Assembly: GCA_965249555.1 (NCBI GenBank)
Contig: OZ252243.1
Coordinates: 1,088,001 to 1,152,000 of the forward strand
DNA from: Nitrosopumilus sp.
GTDB lineage: Archaea; Thermoproteota; Nitrososphaeria; Nitrososphaerales; Nitrosopumilaceae
Direction of reading: 5' to 3'
Length of the DNA stretch: 64,000 nt
The position numbers and the translations under genes are program-made. The notes under the pieces were generated by a model that was not told the origin of the DNA, ran no database searches, and saw only the letters and a program-made list of their open reading frames with translations. Positions 1 through 9,726 of the stretch are shown in pieces; the stretch's first letter is position 1; each line of letters starts with the position of its first letter.

Positions 1-1173
1 GGTATAGTATATCGAGGTAAAATAAACGGAACTCAAGTCGTAGTCAAAGTAAAGCGTCCAGGAATTGAAAAGATGGTCAATGATGAAATACAAGTTCTAA
101 AAAATATTTTGCCAATTGGAATGCGTTTTGTTGATCCCAATCTACGATTCTCAGTTGATGCAATGCTTGCACAATTTATCGAAACAATTCACGAAGAGAT
201 GGATTATACAAAAGAATCCCAAAATCTAAAAACAATTTCAAGAAACGTCAAAGAATACAAAAACGTCATTGTACCCAAAGTGTATGATGATTATACCTCA
301 AAAAATGTAATCACAATGGAGTATATTCCAGGTATCAAAATTACAGATATTAAAGCACTTGATGAACTAGGACTAGATAGGCAAAAACTAGTCATCGATG
401 TACACAAAGTCTTTTTCACAATGCTACTCAGGCACGCAATATTTCATGCCGACCCACACCCAGGTAACATATCAGTTGGCAAAGATGGCCAGATAATCTT
501 GTATGACTATGGAATGGTTGGTAGAATAGACAATGAAACAAGATTGCGATTAATTAGATTATACTTGGCACTAGTTGAAAAGGATCCATCTAGAACAGTG
601 CAAGCAATGAGTGATCTTGGAATGCTAATGCCAGATTATAACAAAACAGTAATTGAGAAAGCAGTACAGATGACAGTGCAAGCAATGCATGGAAGAAAAC
701 CAGAAGAGATGGAAGTCAAAGCGTTAATGGAGCTTGCAAATAAAACAATGAGCAAATTTCCATTTATGTTGCCCAAAAATCTTGCACTATACATGAGAAT
801 GTCTTCAATTATAGAAGGAATCTATCACACACACAAAGTCAACTTCAAGTTTGTTAAGGTTCTAAAACAAATTCTAGAAGAAGAACACTTAATCAAAGAT
901 GCATACATCGAAGAAATAAAACATTCTTTTACAAAGTTTGCAAAATCAATTGAAGATACCATCACAATAGCTCCTGAGATAAAACGATTCATGGATGAGA
1001 ATCGAATGTACATGCAAAGACCAAAGTCTAATGTTCTCTTGTCTAGTAGTATTTTGTCTTCTGCAATCTTTATTGGAAGTGCACTAGTTTATCCAACAAA
1101 CGAAACCGCTGGTATAGCTGGAATGATTGGTGCTCTAGCTGTTATGGCAATATTTGCAAAATTTAGAAAATAG
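1..1173 (+). CDS. ABC1/UbiB (AarF) family atypical protein kinase, 5'-partial
   Basis: The frame is open from base 1 (GIVYRGKINGTQVVVKVKRPG). It contains the VKVxRP, FHADPHPGN and DYGMVG motifs and a hydrophobic C-terminus. Confidence 0.9.
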   Translation, partial: GIVYRGKINGTQVVVKVKRPGIEKMVNDEIQVLKNILPIGMRFVDPNLRFSVDAMLAQFIETIHEEMDYTKESQNLKTISRNVKEYKNVIVPKVYDDYTSKNVITMEYIPGIKITDIKALDELGLDRQKLVIDVHKVFFTMLLRHAIFHADPHPGNISVGKDGQIILYDYGMVGRIDNETRLRLIRLYLALVEKDPSRTVQAMSDLGMLMPDYNKTVIEKAVQMTVQAMHGRKPEEMEVKALMELANKTMSKFPFMLPKNLALYMRMSSIIEGIYHTHKVNFKFVKVLKQILEEEHLIKDAYIEEIKHSFTKFAKSIEDTITIAPEIKRFMDENRMYMQRPKSNVLLSSSILSSAIFIGSALVYPTNETAGIAGMIGALAVMAIFAKFRK

Positions 1174-1175
1174 AA

Positions 1176-1550
1176 TTATTGAATTGGAATATTTTTTTCA
1201 GCATTCTTAATTGGAATAGTAATTGTTAGAACACCTTCTGCATATTTGGCAGAATTAACTTGTTCTTCACCTTCTTTGATTCTCATTGGAAGTTTAATTT
1301 TTTTATCAATAATATCTGGTCGTTGCTTCCAGATTATAGTACCAGTAACCTTCTCATCTTTTTTTGCATTAATTGAAAGAACATTTCCATGAATTGATAA
1401 ATTGATATCTTTTTTTACAAATCCTGGAATGTCAATTTTAATTATTAGATTATCCTTTTCTTCAAACATGTCAACTGGTGGCAATACAAATTCATAGAAT
1501 TCTCTTGATTTGTTTCCAATCTCTTTGATTACTTCTTTAACAAGTCCCAT
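1176..1550 (-). CDS. Small heat-shock protein (Hsp20/alpha-crystallin)
   Basis: Motifs PPVDMFE, IDIPG and AKYAEGVLTITIP, plus a C-terminal IPI motif. Confidence 0.92.
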   Translation of the reverse strand: MGLVKEVIKEIGNKSREFYEFVLPPVDMFEEKDNLIIKIDIPGFVKKDINLSIHGNVLSINAKKDEKVTGTIIWKQRPDIIDKKIKLPMRIKEGEEQVNSAKYAEGVLTITIPIKNAEKNIPIQ

Positions 1551-1575
1551 TTTGTGTTATGTGGTCAATTTTTGG

Positions 1576-1582
1576 TTATAAA
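1576..1582 (-). promoter_or_regulatory. TATA box of hsp20
   Basis: TTTATAA on the minus strand, 26-32 nt upstream of the ATG at 1550, consistent with a leaderless archaeal promoter. Confidence 0.6.
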
Positions 1583-1593
1583 CCTTATAGATT

Positions 1594-3035
1594 GTATGAA
1601 TCAAGCACTTAGATGTATTTTGCCATCTCAGAAAACATGTTCAATTCCCTTATTCTCCATGTCTCAAAGCATGTGAGAAAGACTGAGATCATCCTCATGC
1701 CCTGATCACTCTTCATCTGCCCGCGAACATTCCTCTGCATCACGCACTTTCGAATGGAATTCTCTGCATCATTGTTAGTTGACGGGACATCGCCATCCAT
1801 GACAAACGTAAACATGCTGTTCCTTGCAGTCTTTAGCTTCTTGCCAAACTGAACCATCTCCATATCACCTTTCAAATATCGTGCAATGATACGGTCTAGC
1901 TGTTTTAGTAAATCATCCCTGTACGTTTCCCGCCGTTTTGTATGACGATTACCTACACTCCAAACCCTGGCATGACCTAGCATATCTGAGAGTTTCTCGT
2001 ATAGAATCCTTGCCTTTTTGTCCTGTGATTTTATTGCCAGATATTTGGCATCGCGCTGCAGGTGTGCAGTGCATCTCTGCTTTGTGTTATCACAAAATAC
2101 TGTCCTGTACGGAGCATATCCGTCAGACACTAGGGTTCCTTTGAATTTCTTCCAGTACTTTTTTAGAACATTGGCACCTCTGCTGTACTCCAAGGCATAC
2201 TGTGCACTAGTCTTGCTTCTTGCAACCCACATCCATCCAGTATTTCCATCAATTGAAAATCCTGTCTCATCGATTCCGAGAATATTTTCAGTCACGATTT
2301 CGCTGTGGATTGTATTGTAAAATGACTCTAACATCACACTACCGTTGCGAAGAATGGATTGTACGGTTGTATTGCTGATTTCTAATCCATATCTTTCATA
2401 GAGTGTGGTTCTGATAGCATCGTATGTCAATCTCTTTGAGAACAGTGAGACGACCTCACGTATCACTGAACCATCAAAACATCCATGTAGTGGAAGGTTT
2501 CCCGTGGTTTGAAAATTATCAGAACAGTCCATGCAGATGTATTGATTCAAAACATGCTCAGTTATACCGTAGGGTGTTGGTGGAGGAATCTCAACCATTA
2601 TCCTTTTGCAGGTTTTGGTTTGATGAATATTTTCACTACCGCATTTGGGACATGCATCTGATCTGTGGTGTTTGGTGCTAGTTGGTCTGAATTTCTGTGT
2701 CTTGCCAACGTGTCCTGCTATTCCACCACGTCTTGATTTGCCTGGCTGTCTGTGTTGTCTTTTTTGCTTTCTCCATTCAAGGGAATTCTTTGATGGCGGA
2801 GAGTGTGCATTCTCATAATATGACAGCTTTTTTTGCAGTTCCTTGTTTGATTCTATGAGATTTTCTATGATTAGCGGTAGTTGTTTTAACTTTTCTTGCA
2901 GTTGTTTTATCTCTGCTTGTAGCTGTATGATGATTTTCTCATGACCACAACCTGACATGTTTTGTATGATGATTTAGTTGATCTTAGATCTTTTTGTGTA
3001 ATGATATTGATTTGTGCGTGAAGGTTGATACATAC
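1594..3035 (-). mobile_element. IS66-family insertion sequence (single-ORF, ISBst12-like), 1442 bp
   Basis: Flanked by an exact 8-bp direct repeat TATAGATT (1586-1593 and 3036-3043). Imperfect terminal inverted repeats read GTATGAATCAAGC and GTATGTATCAACC. It encodes one transposase and is visibly more GC-rich than its flanks. Confidence 0.92.
1609..2958 (-). CDS. IS66-family transposase (TnpC-like, DDE)
   Basis: N-terminal coiled coil, SPPSK motif, Zn ribbon (CPKC...CMDC), and IDETG, VSDGYAPY, QRCTAHLQR and TNNDAENSIR motifs. Confidence 0.93.
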   Translation of the reverse strand: MSGCGHEKIIIQLQAEIKQLQEKLKQLPLIIENLIESNKELQKKLSYYENAHSPPSKNSLEWRKQKRQHRQPGKSRRGGIAGHVGKTQKFRPTSTKHHRSDACPKCGSENIHQTKTCKRIMVEIPPPTPYGITEHVLNQYICMDCSDNFQTTGNLPLHGCFDGSVIREVVSLFSKRLTYDAIRTTLYERYGLEISNTTVQSILRNGSVMLESFYNTIHSEIVTENILGIDETGFSIDGNTGWMWVARSKTSAQYALEYSRGANVLKKYWKKFKGTLVSDGYAPYRTVFCDNTKQRCTAHLQRDAKYLAIKSQDKKARILYEKLSDMLGHARVWSVGNRHTKRRETYRDDLLKQLDRIIARYLKGDMEMVQFGKKLKTARNSMFTFVMDGDVPSTNNDAENSIRKCVMQRNVRGQMKSDQGMRMISVFLTCFETWRIRELNMFSEMAKYI

Positions 3036-3093
3036 TATAGATTTCAGCTAAAATTCTATAATGAGACTATTCTTAGTAAAATAAAAAACAAGT

Positions 3094-3219
3094 TTAGAAT
3101 TTTCGTGAATCGCCCTCTAAAAGACCTGAACCATGATGAATTCTATCAATATGTCTTGAAAGATCCTCTTTATTCTCAAAAACTGATTCACAGTAAGGAC
3201 ATGAAATTTCATCAGCCAT
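3094..3219 (-). CDS. 41-aa C2H2 zinc-finger microprotein (not in ORF track)
   Basis: Translation MADEISCPYCESVFENKEDLSRHIDRIHHGSGLLEGDSRKF* fits C-x2-C-x3-F-x5-L-x2-H-x4-H. An AT-rich TATA-like element lies at ~3242-3251. Confidence 0.8.
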   Translation of the reverse strand: MADEISCPYCESVFENKEDLSRHIDRIHHGSGLLEGDSRKF

Positions 3220-3312
3220 AATGTTATACTGACAGAGTTGGTATTAAATAATTTGCCAATAATCAAACATGATAGATTTTTTAATCAATTAATTTCTCTG
3301 TTTTGGTAACTT

Positions 3313-3894
3313 ATGATAATTGTAATTGAAGGTGGAGATCAAGCAGGCAAGTTAACACAATCAACTCTATTAGAAAAAGCGATCAAAAAAAGAAAGATCA
3401 AAACAAAAGTATTTCATTTCCCTGACTACAAAACTCCAATAGGAAAAGAAATCAGAAAATATTTGGATGGAAAAAGAAAATTTCCTCCTCAAGTAATTCA
3501 TTGTCTTTTAGCTGCAAATAGATGGGAAAAACTACATGAAATTTTAACAGCTCAAGAAAAAAATTCAGTTCTAATTATGAATCGTTATTATCATTCTAAT
3601 TTGATTTATGGTCTAGCAAATGGTATGAAGCAAAAATGGCTTGAGAATCTTGATGCTGGCCTTCCAAAAGCTGATCTTATAATTTTACTTGATATTACCC
3701 AAAAAGAATCATTCCATAGACAGAAAACCCATAGAGACAAATTCGAAAAAAATGAAGAATTTTTACGAAAAATATCTAAAATCTATAGGACAACTGCCAA
3801 GAAAAAACATTGGAAGATAATTGATGCATCAAAATCTAAACAAGAAATACATGAAGAAATTTTGAAAACATTCTCAAAGAAAATAAGATTATGA
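3313..3894 (+). CDS. tmk: Thymidylate kinase
   Basis: IVIEGGDQAGKLTQ P-loop, FPDYKTPIG and MNRYYHS motifs. Confidence 0.93.
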   Translation: MIIVIEGGDQAGKLTQSTLLEKAIKKRKIKTKVFHFPDYKTPIGKEIRKYLDGKRKFPPQVIHCLLAANRWEKLHEILTAQEKNSVLIMNRYYHSNLIYGLANGMKQKWLENLDAGLPKADLIILLDITQKESFHRQKTHRDKFEKNEEFLRKISKIYRTTAKKKHWKIIDASKSKQEIHEEILKTFSKKIRL

Positions 3895-5126
3895 AAAAAA
3901 ATCATCTAGACATAATTGATCCAATTCATGATTTCATTCGAGTCTATGAACATGAGTTATCCATAATTGATGATCCACTTTTTCAGAGATTAAGACTAAT
4001 TAGACAGCTTTCTGGTGCTCATTTGACATATCCTGCAGCTCAACATACAAGATTTGAACATTCATTGGGAGTCATGCACATTACTAGTCAAGCAGGTTAT
4101 GCATTAAATGAAAAAGGAATTCTCAAATCAGATGACATTAAAATTCTTAGATTAGCTGGTCTCTTACATGATATAGGACATGGACCCTTTTCTCATCTTT
4201 TTGAGGAAATAATTCAGGAAAAAAAAATTTCACATGAAAACTTTGGTAAAGAAATTATTCTAAAATCTGAGATTGGTGATAATTTATCAAAAAATGGTTT
4301 TGACAAAAAACTAATTACAAAAATTGCTTTTGGGGATTCCAAATTTCAATACATGAATGAAATAGTTTCAGGTACACTTAGTGCAGATATGATGGACTAT
4401 TTACTTAGAGATGGTTATTTTACAGGAGCAGAACACGCAAAAATTGATCACAAAAGAATCACTCAATCACTTGACGTACATCAGAAAAAACTAGCCTTGG
4501 GACGTTCAGCATTGTATTCCTTTGAATCAATGATGTATTCTAGATATCAAATGTTCAAGGCAGTCTATTTCCACAAAACAGTGAGAGCAGCAGAAGTTAT
4601 GCTGATTGAAGCATTAAGATTGTCTGATGACGAATTTGGTTTTTCCAGTTTTAATCTAAATGAATATGTTAAACTCACAGATGAATACGTTTTATCAACT
4701 CTAATGTCATCAAAATCTTCAAAATTAAAACGCGCACGGCAATTTGCACAAGATTATCAAAATAGGAAATTACTAAAATGTGTATTTGAGAGAATTCTAA
4801 CTAGTAAAACTAACTTGAAAAAAACACGAACTAATGAACTAAGAACTGCTATTTCTAAAAAATCCAAAGTTGATGAGAATAAAATTTTTGTAGATAGTTC
4901 TGCTACTCCATCAATTCCTCTTACACCCTCAAAAAACGAATCAAAATCTATAATTTTGATAACAAATAAGAATGGAAGATCCTCTGCAAAGGAGATGCCA
5001 ATTTCAGATATTCCTGTGGTTTCAGCAATTTCTGGATTCATGAATATTCTTAGAATTTATACCTATCAAAAGAATAGAAAAAAAGTTGAAATTGCTGCAA
5101 AATCAATCCTTAGTGATCTAAAATGA
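3891..5126 (+). CDS. HD-domain phosphohydrolase (dNTP triphosphohydrolase/SAMHD1-like)
   Basis: [34 protein letters not shown] and DMMDYLLRD motifs. Overlaps tmk and pyrH by 4 nt each. Confidence 0.88.
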   Translation: MKKNHLDIIDPIHDFIRVYEHELSIIDDPLFQRLRLIRQLSGAHLTYPAAQHTRFEHSLGVMHITSQAGYALNEKGILKSDDIKILRLAGLLHDIGHGPFSHLFEEIIQEKKISHENFGKEIILKSEIGDNLSKNGFDKKLITKIAFGDSKFQYMNEIVSGTLSADMMDYLLRDGYFTGAEHAKIDHKRITQSLDVHQKKLALGRSALYSFESMMYSRYQMFKAVYFHKTVRAAEVMLIEALRLSDDEFGFSSFNLNEYVKLTDEYVLSTLMSSKSSKLKRARQFAQDYQNRKLLKCVFERILTSKTNLKKTRTNELRTAISKKSKVDENKIFVDSSATPSIPLTPSKNESKSIILITNKNGRSSAKEMPISDIPVVSAISGFMNILRIYTYQKNRKKVEIAAKSILSDLK

Positions 5127-5806
5127 AAAAAAGAATTGTTATCAAATTATCCGGAAAAGTTTTCGGTACAGATAATGTCAAAGCGCTAAAAGACTATGCT
5201 CAATTCCTAGTAAAAATTAGTAAAATTTGTCAACCAGTTGTTGTTGCTGGTGGTGGAAGTATTGCACGACATTATATTTCCCATGCAAGATCTTCTGGTG
5301 CAGATGAATCTACTCTTGACGAACTTGGAATTGAAATCTCGAAACTCAATGCAAAACTATTGATTTATGCTCTGAAGAACAAGGTCTATTCACATCCTCC
5401 AACAACTTTACAGGAAGTAAGGCATGCCGTAGATGATGGATTAATAGTTGTCACAGGTGGTTTACATCCTGGTCAAAGTACTAATGGGACTGCTGCATTG
5501 ATTGCTGAAAAAATACATGCTGAACAATTCCTTAACGCTACTGATGTTGATGGAGTTTATGACAGAGATCCAAACAAATTCAAAAAAGCAAAAAAATTCA
5601 AACGGATTGAAATAAAAAATTTGAAAAATATGTTAGTTCATGAAGATTCTATTGCAGGAGGCTATGACTTGATGGACATTGTTGCTCTAAAAATCATTGA
5701 GCGATCTAAAATCAAAACAAGAATCATAAAGGCTGATCCAAAAATTATTGAAAAGGCCATAAAGGGTGGCAATGTAGGCACCGAAATTATTCTTTCTTCA
5801 AAATAA
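5123..5806 (+). CDS. pyrH: Uridylate kinase
   Basis: [22 protein letters not shown] and [11 protein letters not shown] motifs. Confidence 0.93.
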   Translation: MKKRIVIKLSGKVFGTDNVKALKDYAQFLVKISKICQPVVVAGGGSIARHYISHARSSGADESTLDELGIEISKLNAKLLIYALKNKVYSHPPTTLQEVRHAVDDGLIVVTGGLHPGQSTNGTAALIAEKIHAEQFLNATDVDGVYDRDPNKFKKAKKFKRIEIKNLKNMLVHEDSIAGGYDLMDIVALKIIERSKIKTRIIKADPKIIEKAIKGGNVGTEIILSSK

Positions 5807-6163
5807 TTACTCAGAAATCTCGTTTTGAATTGTTGGTCTTGTTTCAGACCAGATCTGAATATCCTTTTTTGGATACTCAAGAATTCCTGATTCTCGAAGT
5901 TTTTTGAAAATTGATATGGCTTTTTCTTTTTCCACTGCCTTTGATTGAGCCTTTGTAAAACCATCTTTATCTACAATAATTACTATATCCCCATCTGGGG
6001 AATTAATTATAGCAGTAAATTCCTCCTCTCCAACTGGTTGAAAATCCCCATCAATTTTTTTGGTTGTCAAAGTTAACATTCCAAATCCGGCTGCATCAAA
6101 CATCTTCATTTGTGATTTACTTGCTCTTTGTTTTCCTTGTTGTACTGCTTGAAAATATTGCAT
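5807..6163 (-). CDS. Conserved hypothetical protein
   Basis: Open frame convergent on pyrH. The likely start is the ATG at 6163 (MQYFQAVQQG), with a TATA-like element ~25 nt upstream. Confidence 0.65.
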   Translation of the reverse strand: MQYFQAVQQGKQRASKSQMKMFDAAGFGMLTLTTKKIDGDFQPVGEEEFTAIINSPDGDIVIIVDKDGFTKAQSKAVEKEKAISIFKKLRESGILEYPKKDIQIWSETRPTIQNEISE

Positions 6164-6233
6164 ATTTTTTTCCTGCCTCCAATGGTATAATAACTGTCTT
6201 AACATTTAAGATATCTAGAGAAAAGCAAAAATT

Positions 6234-6791
6234 ATGAATCGTAAAATCTTTCTTGGCGTTGCAGTTGCAGTACTTATTGCCATATTAGGAGGAATTCTTT
6301 GGGTTGGACCTACAATGGTTATAGCACCTCAAGGTGAAACTACTGCAGAATCTGAAAATGTTATACTGGTTAATCCTCTTGAAATTGAACTAGATGATAT
6401 TTCTGTTACCCAAATTTCAGAACGAACAGCTACAATTAAGATTGCATTCAAAATAATTAATCCTAATCCTGGTGCTGTGATTGTTCAAACTATGGATTAT
6501 CAATTATTTGAAACAGGTTATTCTGAATCTGAACAAATCTCAGGTGGTGAAATAGGAAGTAGACCTACAGGAATGGTTGAATTTGGTTCAAACTATTATG
6601 TTCTTCTTGGTGATAACTCTATCATACTAAAAGACACTATCAATTTGAGAAATTCTGGAAATACTCCTGAGCTGTGGACTAGTCTTAAAGATAATACGGC
6701 AAGTTGGCATGTTACTGGTGATGTCTTTTACAATCTAAGTTCTATGACAAGTGGCCAAGAAAATGAACTTCACTTTGATTTTACAAAATAG
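6234..6791 (+). CDS. Membrane-anchored LEA_2/WHy-like beta-sandwich protein
   Basis: N-terminal TM anchor and an IAFKIINPNP motif typical of LEA14/WHy domains. Confidence 0.55.
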   Translation: MNRKIFLGVAVAVLIAILGGILWVGPTMVIAPQGETTAESENVILVNPLEIELDDISVTQISERTATIKIAFKIINPNPGAVIVQTMDYQLFETGYSESEQISGGEIGSRPTGMVEFGSNYYVLLGDNSIILKDTINLRNSGNTPELWTSLKDNTASWHVTGDVFYNLSSMTSGQENELHFDFTK

Positions 6792-6889
6792 ACCTAATAG
6801 TATCATAAAATTTTAAAATTATGATAGTTTGTTTTTAGCAAAAAAATATTGGCAAAGTTATAAAAGCACGTTAAGTCAGATTTTATCAA

Positions 6890-7000
6890 ATGGCAGAAGC
6901 AGGTATAGCCGCATTTGGCGCAGCAGCAGGAGTCGCAATTGCACTAGCAGTAGTGTGTTTCGCTCTTCGTGGTAAAGGACATCCAGAACCACTAGACTAA
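6890..7000 (+). CDS. 36-aa single-TM microprotein (not in ORF track)
   Basis: Translation MAEAGIAAFGAAAGVAIALAVVCFALRGKGHPEPLD*. TTATAAAA lies at 6858-6865 and a T-rich tract follows the stop. It is a GC-richer coding-like patch in AT-rich intergenic DNA. Confidence 0.75.
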   Translation: MAEAGIAAFGAAAGVAIALAVVCFALRGKGHPEPLD

Positions 7001-7039
7001 ACAAAGGAAAAAATCCTTTTTTTCATATTTTTCATTTAT

Positions 7040-7690
7040 CTAATCTGAATCTTTACCAGCACCCAATATTCCTAAAAGGGACACTTGTTTAGTATTCTTC
7101 TTTTTCATAAAACATCTTTCATAATATTGACAACTAGAACAATCAGATGATGGTTCTAAGATAGGTGTTTTTTGTTCTTTAAGAAGATCATGTAAAACTC
7201 TAACTCTTCTGATTACTTCTTCAAACATCTTTTTGTTGCGTGTTAATGAAAAAGTTGTTTCTTTTCTATCTCCTGTAATGTATATAATCACCCCGTCGAC
7301 TTTGTCATATATCCACATACATGCATTAAGATATAGAACGTCATTTGAAATTGGGTTTTCTAACTCACCTGTTGCCGATCTGAATAAAAGAATAGAATCA
7401 TCTACTAACATATCGACCTGTCCCTTTAGTTTGATATCGTCTATTGCAAATTCTTTTGCCTCACTTCCATACTCTAATTTTCTTAATAATCCTGAGAGAA
7501 GTTCATTGAATCCTCTCCTTTCAATTTCACTGGGTTCAATTCTGTCATAATATGAGCGTCTTAGACATTGGGTTACTTCTTGAAGATGAATAGTTTGAAT
7601 ATCTTTAGGATCTATCTCAATTTCTAATTCTTTTCCTATAGAACCTATTGCACTTTGAATAATATTTTGAAAACTTCTATCACCCATCAT
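7040..7690 (-). CDS. Solo Cas4-like Fe-S protein (probably nuclease-degenerate)
   Basis: N-terminal QCLRRSYY and C-terminal CSSCQYYERC give the four-Cys Cas4 pattern. A GQVD motif is present. No cas genes or array nearby. Confidence 0.8.
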   Translation of the reverse strand: MMGDRSFQNIIQSAIGSIGKELEIEIDPKDIQTIHLQEVTQCLRRSYYDRIEPSEIERRGFNELLSGLLRKLEYGSEAKEFAIDDIKLKGQVDMLVDDSILLFRSATGELENPISNDVLYLNACMWIYDKVDGVIIYITGDRKETTFSLTRNKKMFEEVIRRVRVLHDLLKEQKTPILEPSSDCSSCQYYERCFMKKKNTKQVSLLGILGAGKDSD

Positions 7691-7722
7691 AGTATATTAT
7701 CTTGAAATTAGATCAATATAGG

Positions 7723-7953
7723 TTAATTCATAATTTTGTCTAGATATTTTGAAATTCTACCTGAAAATGCAAGTGTAATAATATGAACTCCAAATCCTAA
7801 TACTGCTCCTATAATCAAATTTCCTGTTCCGTAGTAGATCCCCAAAAATATCCCTAGTGATGGTAGAGCAAAAATCAATGCCATAGAGATACTTACCCAA
7901 TTTGTGAGAATATCAATTGGTGTTTCATTTTTTTTCGTTGGAAATTTACTCAT
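7723..7953 (-). CDS. Small two-TM membrane protein
   Basis: 76 aa with two Gly-rich hydrophobic helices, 13 nt downstream of atpC. Confidence 0.7.
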   Translation of the reverse strand: MSKFPTKKNETPIDILTNWVSISMALIFALPSLGIFLGIYYGTGNLIIGAVLGFGVHIITLAFSGRISKYLDKIMN

Positions 7954-7966
7954 ATTCCATACCAGT

Positions 7967-9001
7967 CTATTCTGTCTCTAAAATCAGTTTTGACATAGTG
8001 GTTTCAGTTGGTATTTTTTGTTCAACTGCATAAGCAATTGCTGCAAGATTTCTTACTTCGTATGCAGTTAGTTTTGTAATTCCTACTGTTGTTGCTAAAC
8101 TGAACATTTTTGTGAAAGAGTTTAACGATGCTTTATAAATTGCTATTTCAAAAGCTCTTTCAAACTCAGCTATTGCATCTAATTCATTTTCAACTTGAGG
8201 AACTAAATTACCATATTTTGTGCTAGAAAGTTCGTTAAATGCATCTCTTATCGAACCAGCTGACATCATTCTTCCTAGCAAATCTTTTGCAGCTGGGGAT
8301 TGAATTATAATTAAATCTTGAATTTGTTGTTCATCAAGTCCCCAAAACTTTCCTCTAATTACACTCAGAATATTATAAAAATCGACATCCATCCCAATTA
8401 ATCTACTTGCATCTATGTCTCCAGATTTCAGTGCTTTAACAAGACGTGTATACAAAATTTTATCAAAATATGTATCAAAGATTTGGATATTTTTTTTATC
8501 TGCATACAAAGCTGCTGCTTTTGCAATATCTTCACCAAATTCTACTTGGCTTAAACTTGCAACTGTTTCTTCTAGATCTTTTGCTACAAGTGCTTTGATT
8601 ACAATATCTCTTTGTTTGACTAGTTCTTCTGCACGAAGATTAATGTGAATTTCAATCTCTTCTTGAGATTTTCCTAAAATTTTTCCTTTTAGAATTTGTT
8701 TTAAATTAGAAATGATAAATTTCAAATAATAAGCATCTAAGATGCGTGACTCTCCAGCAGTTTTTGCTATACTATAATGAACATCAGCTAGGTGACTTTT
8801 CAGAGCAGATTCAATACCCTGAGATGTGTAAGGTTTCTCTACTTCAGATACTGCTTCTCCATAAACTGTATTTTTAATTCTCGTCATTAATTCATCAAGA
8901 TCTCTTGATTCTGCCAAGGTTTGAAAATCAGCTTTTTTTAGTAACTTTCCTCTTTTACTATAAGACTTTACAGATGCAAAGACGTTTTTAGATCCACCCA
9001 T
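7967..9001 (-). CDS. atpC: A/V-type ATP synthase subunit C (V0 d-like)
   Basis: Typical size, with RIKNTVYG, NLKQILKG, DVDFYNILSVIRG and YEVRNL motifs. Start taken at the ATG at 9001 (track gives 9016). Confidence 0.88.
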   Translation of the reverse strand: MGGSKNVFASVKSYSKRGKLLKKADFQTLAESRDLDELMTRIKNTVYGEAVSEVEKPYTSQGIESALKSHLADVHYSIAKTAGESRILDAYYLKFIISNLKQILKGKILGKSQEEIEIHINLRAEELVKQRDIVIKALVAKDLEETVASLSQVEFGEDIAKAAALYADKKNIQIFDTYFDKILYTRLVKALKSGDIDASRLIGMDVDFYNILSVIRGKFWGLDEQQIQDLIIIQSPAAKDLLGRMMSAGSIRDAFNELSSTKYGNLVPQVENELDAIAEFERAFEIAIYKASLNSFTKMFSLATTVGITKLTAYEVRNLAAIAYAVEQKIPTETTMSKLILETE

Positions 9002-9042
9002 TTTGATTGATCTCAATAAATAACTGATTTTAATGTTTGGCG

Positions 9043-9726
9043 TTATCTTACTTGTGGTTCGGTTATTTCATTGAGGAATCTGATGGCATCATTCTTTTCT
9101 TGTTTGGATAGTTTTAAGAACGCCTCTAAAAACTCCTTTTGAATACCTAAAGACTCATCTGAAATTTCTCTAAGTTTTGATAGATCAAAAGGAAGTAGAT
9201 TTTTAATTTTATTATCACAAAAAGCCTTGACATATTTTTGAAAAATTGAATATGTAAAATTAGGACTAGTCTTTAAGAGAGTAGAGATAATTTTTTCAAA
9301 GTCTTTTTCAGCAGATTCTGACTTTGCAAAAAAATCTTTTAGTAAATTTTCTCTATTTTTAATTTCACTTATTGATAGTGCTATCAAAATACCTTTTTTG
9401 GTTAAGTGATAGTATGGAATTCCTATTTCCTGAAGAGCCTTTGGACCTCTTTTTAGAGGCAATCTTCCATCCTCCTCTGCAATCTTCATAGGAAGCAAAA
9501 TCTCATCCATATCACGAAATATTCCTGAATAGATATTCTTCCATGCTATTCCTTGTTTTTTTGCTATTCTTTGAGAAATCCCTGTTCTTGTTCTTTCTGC
9601 AGGATTAACATTACTGGCAAGTATTGTAATGATCGCTCTTTGCCTATTTGCTTCTCCTGTTAGTTCGTCACCTTTAGTCTTGAATGTATCAAAAATTGCT
9701 AATTTTATACCTGATTTTTCCTTCAT
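9043..9726 (-). CDS. Putative winged-helix DNA-binding protein, divergent from amt
   Basis: Basic HTH-like segment RTRTGISQRIAKKQGIAWKNIYSGIFRD and a wing-like YYHLTKKG motif. Confidence 0.6.
   Translation of the reverse strand: MKEKSGIKLAIFDTFKTKGDELTGEANRQRAIITILASNVNPAERTRTGISQRIAKKQGIAWKNIYSGIFRDMDEILLPMKIAEEDGRLPLKRGPKALQEIGIPYYHLTKKGILIALSISEIKNRENLLKDFFAKSESAEKDFEKIISTLLKTSPNFTYSIFQKYVKAFCDNKIKNLLPFDLSKLREISDESLGIQKEFLEAFLKLSKQEKNDAIRFLNEITEPQVR

Noticed and set aside
2994-3221. 75-aa plus-strand ORF
   Set aside because: It crosses the IS end and is the antisense shadow of the C2H2 microprotein.
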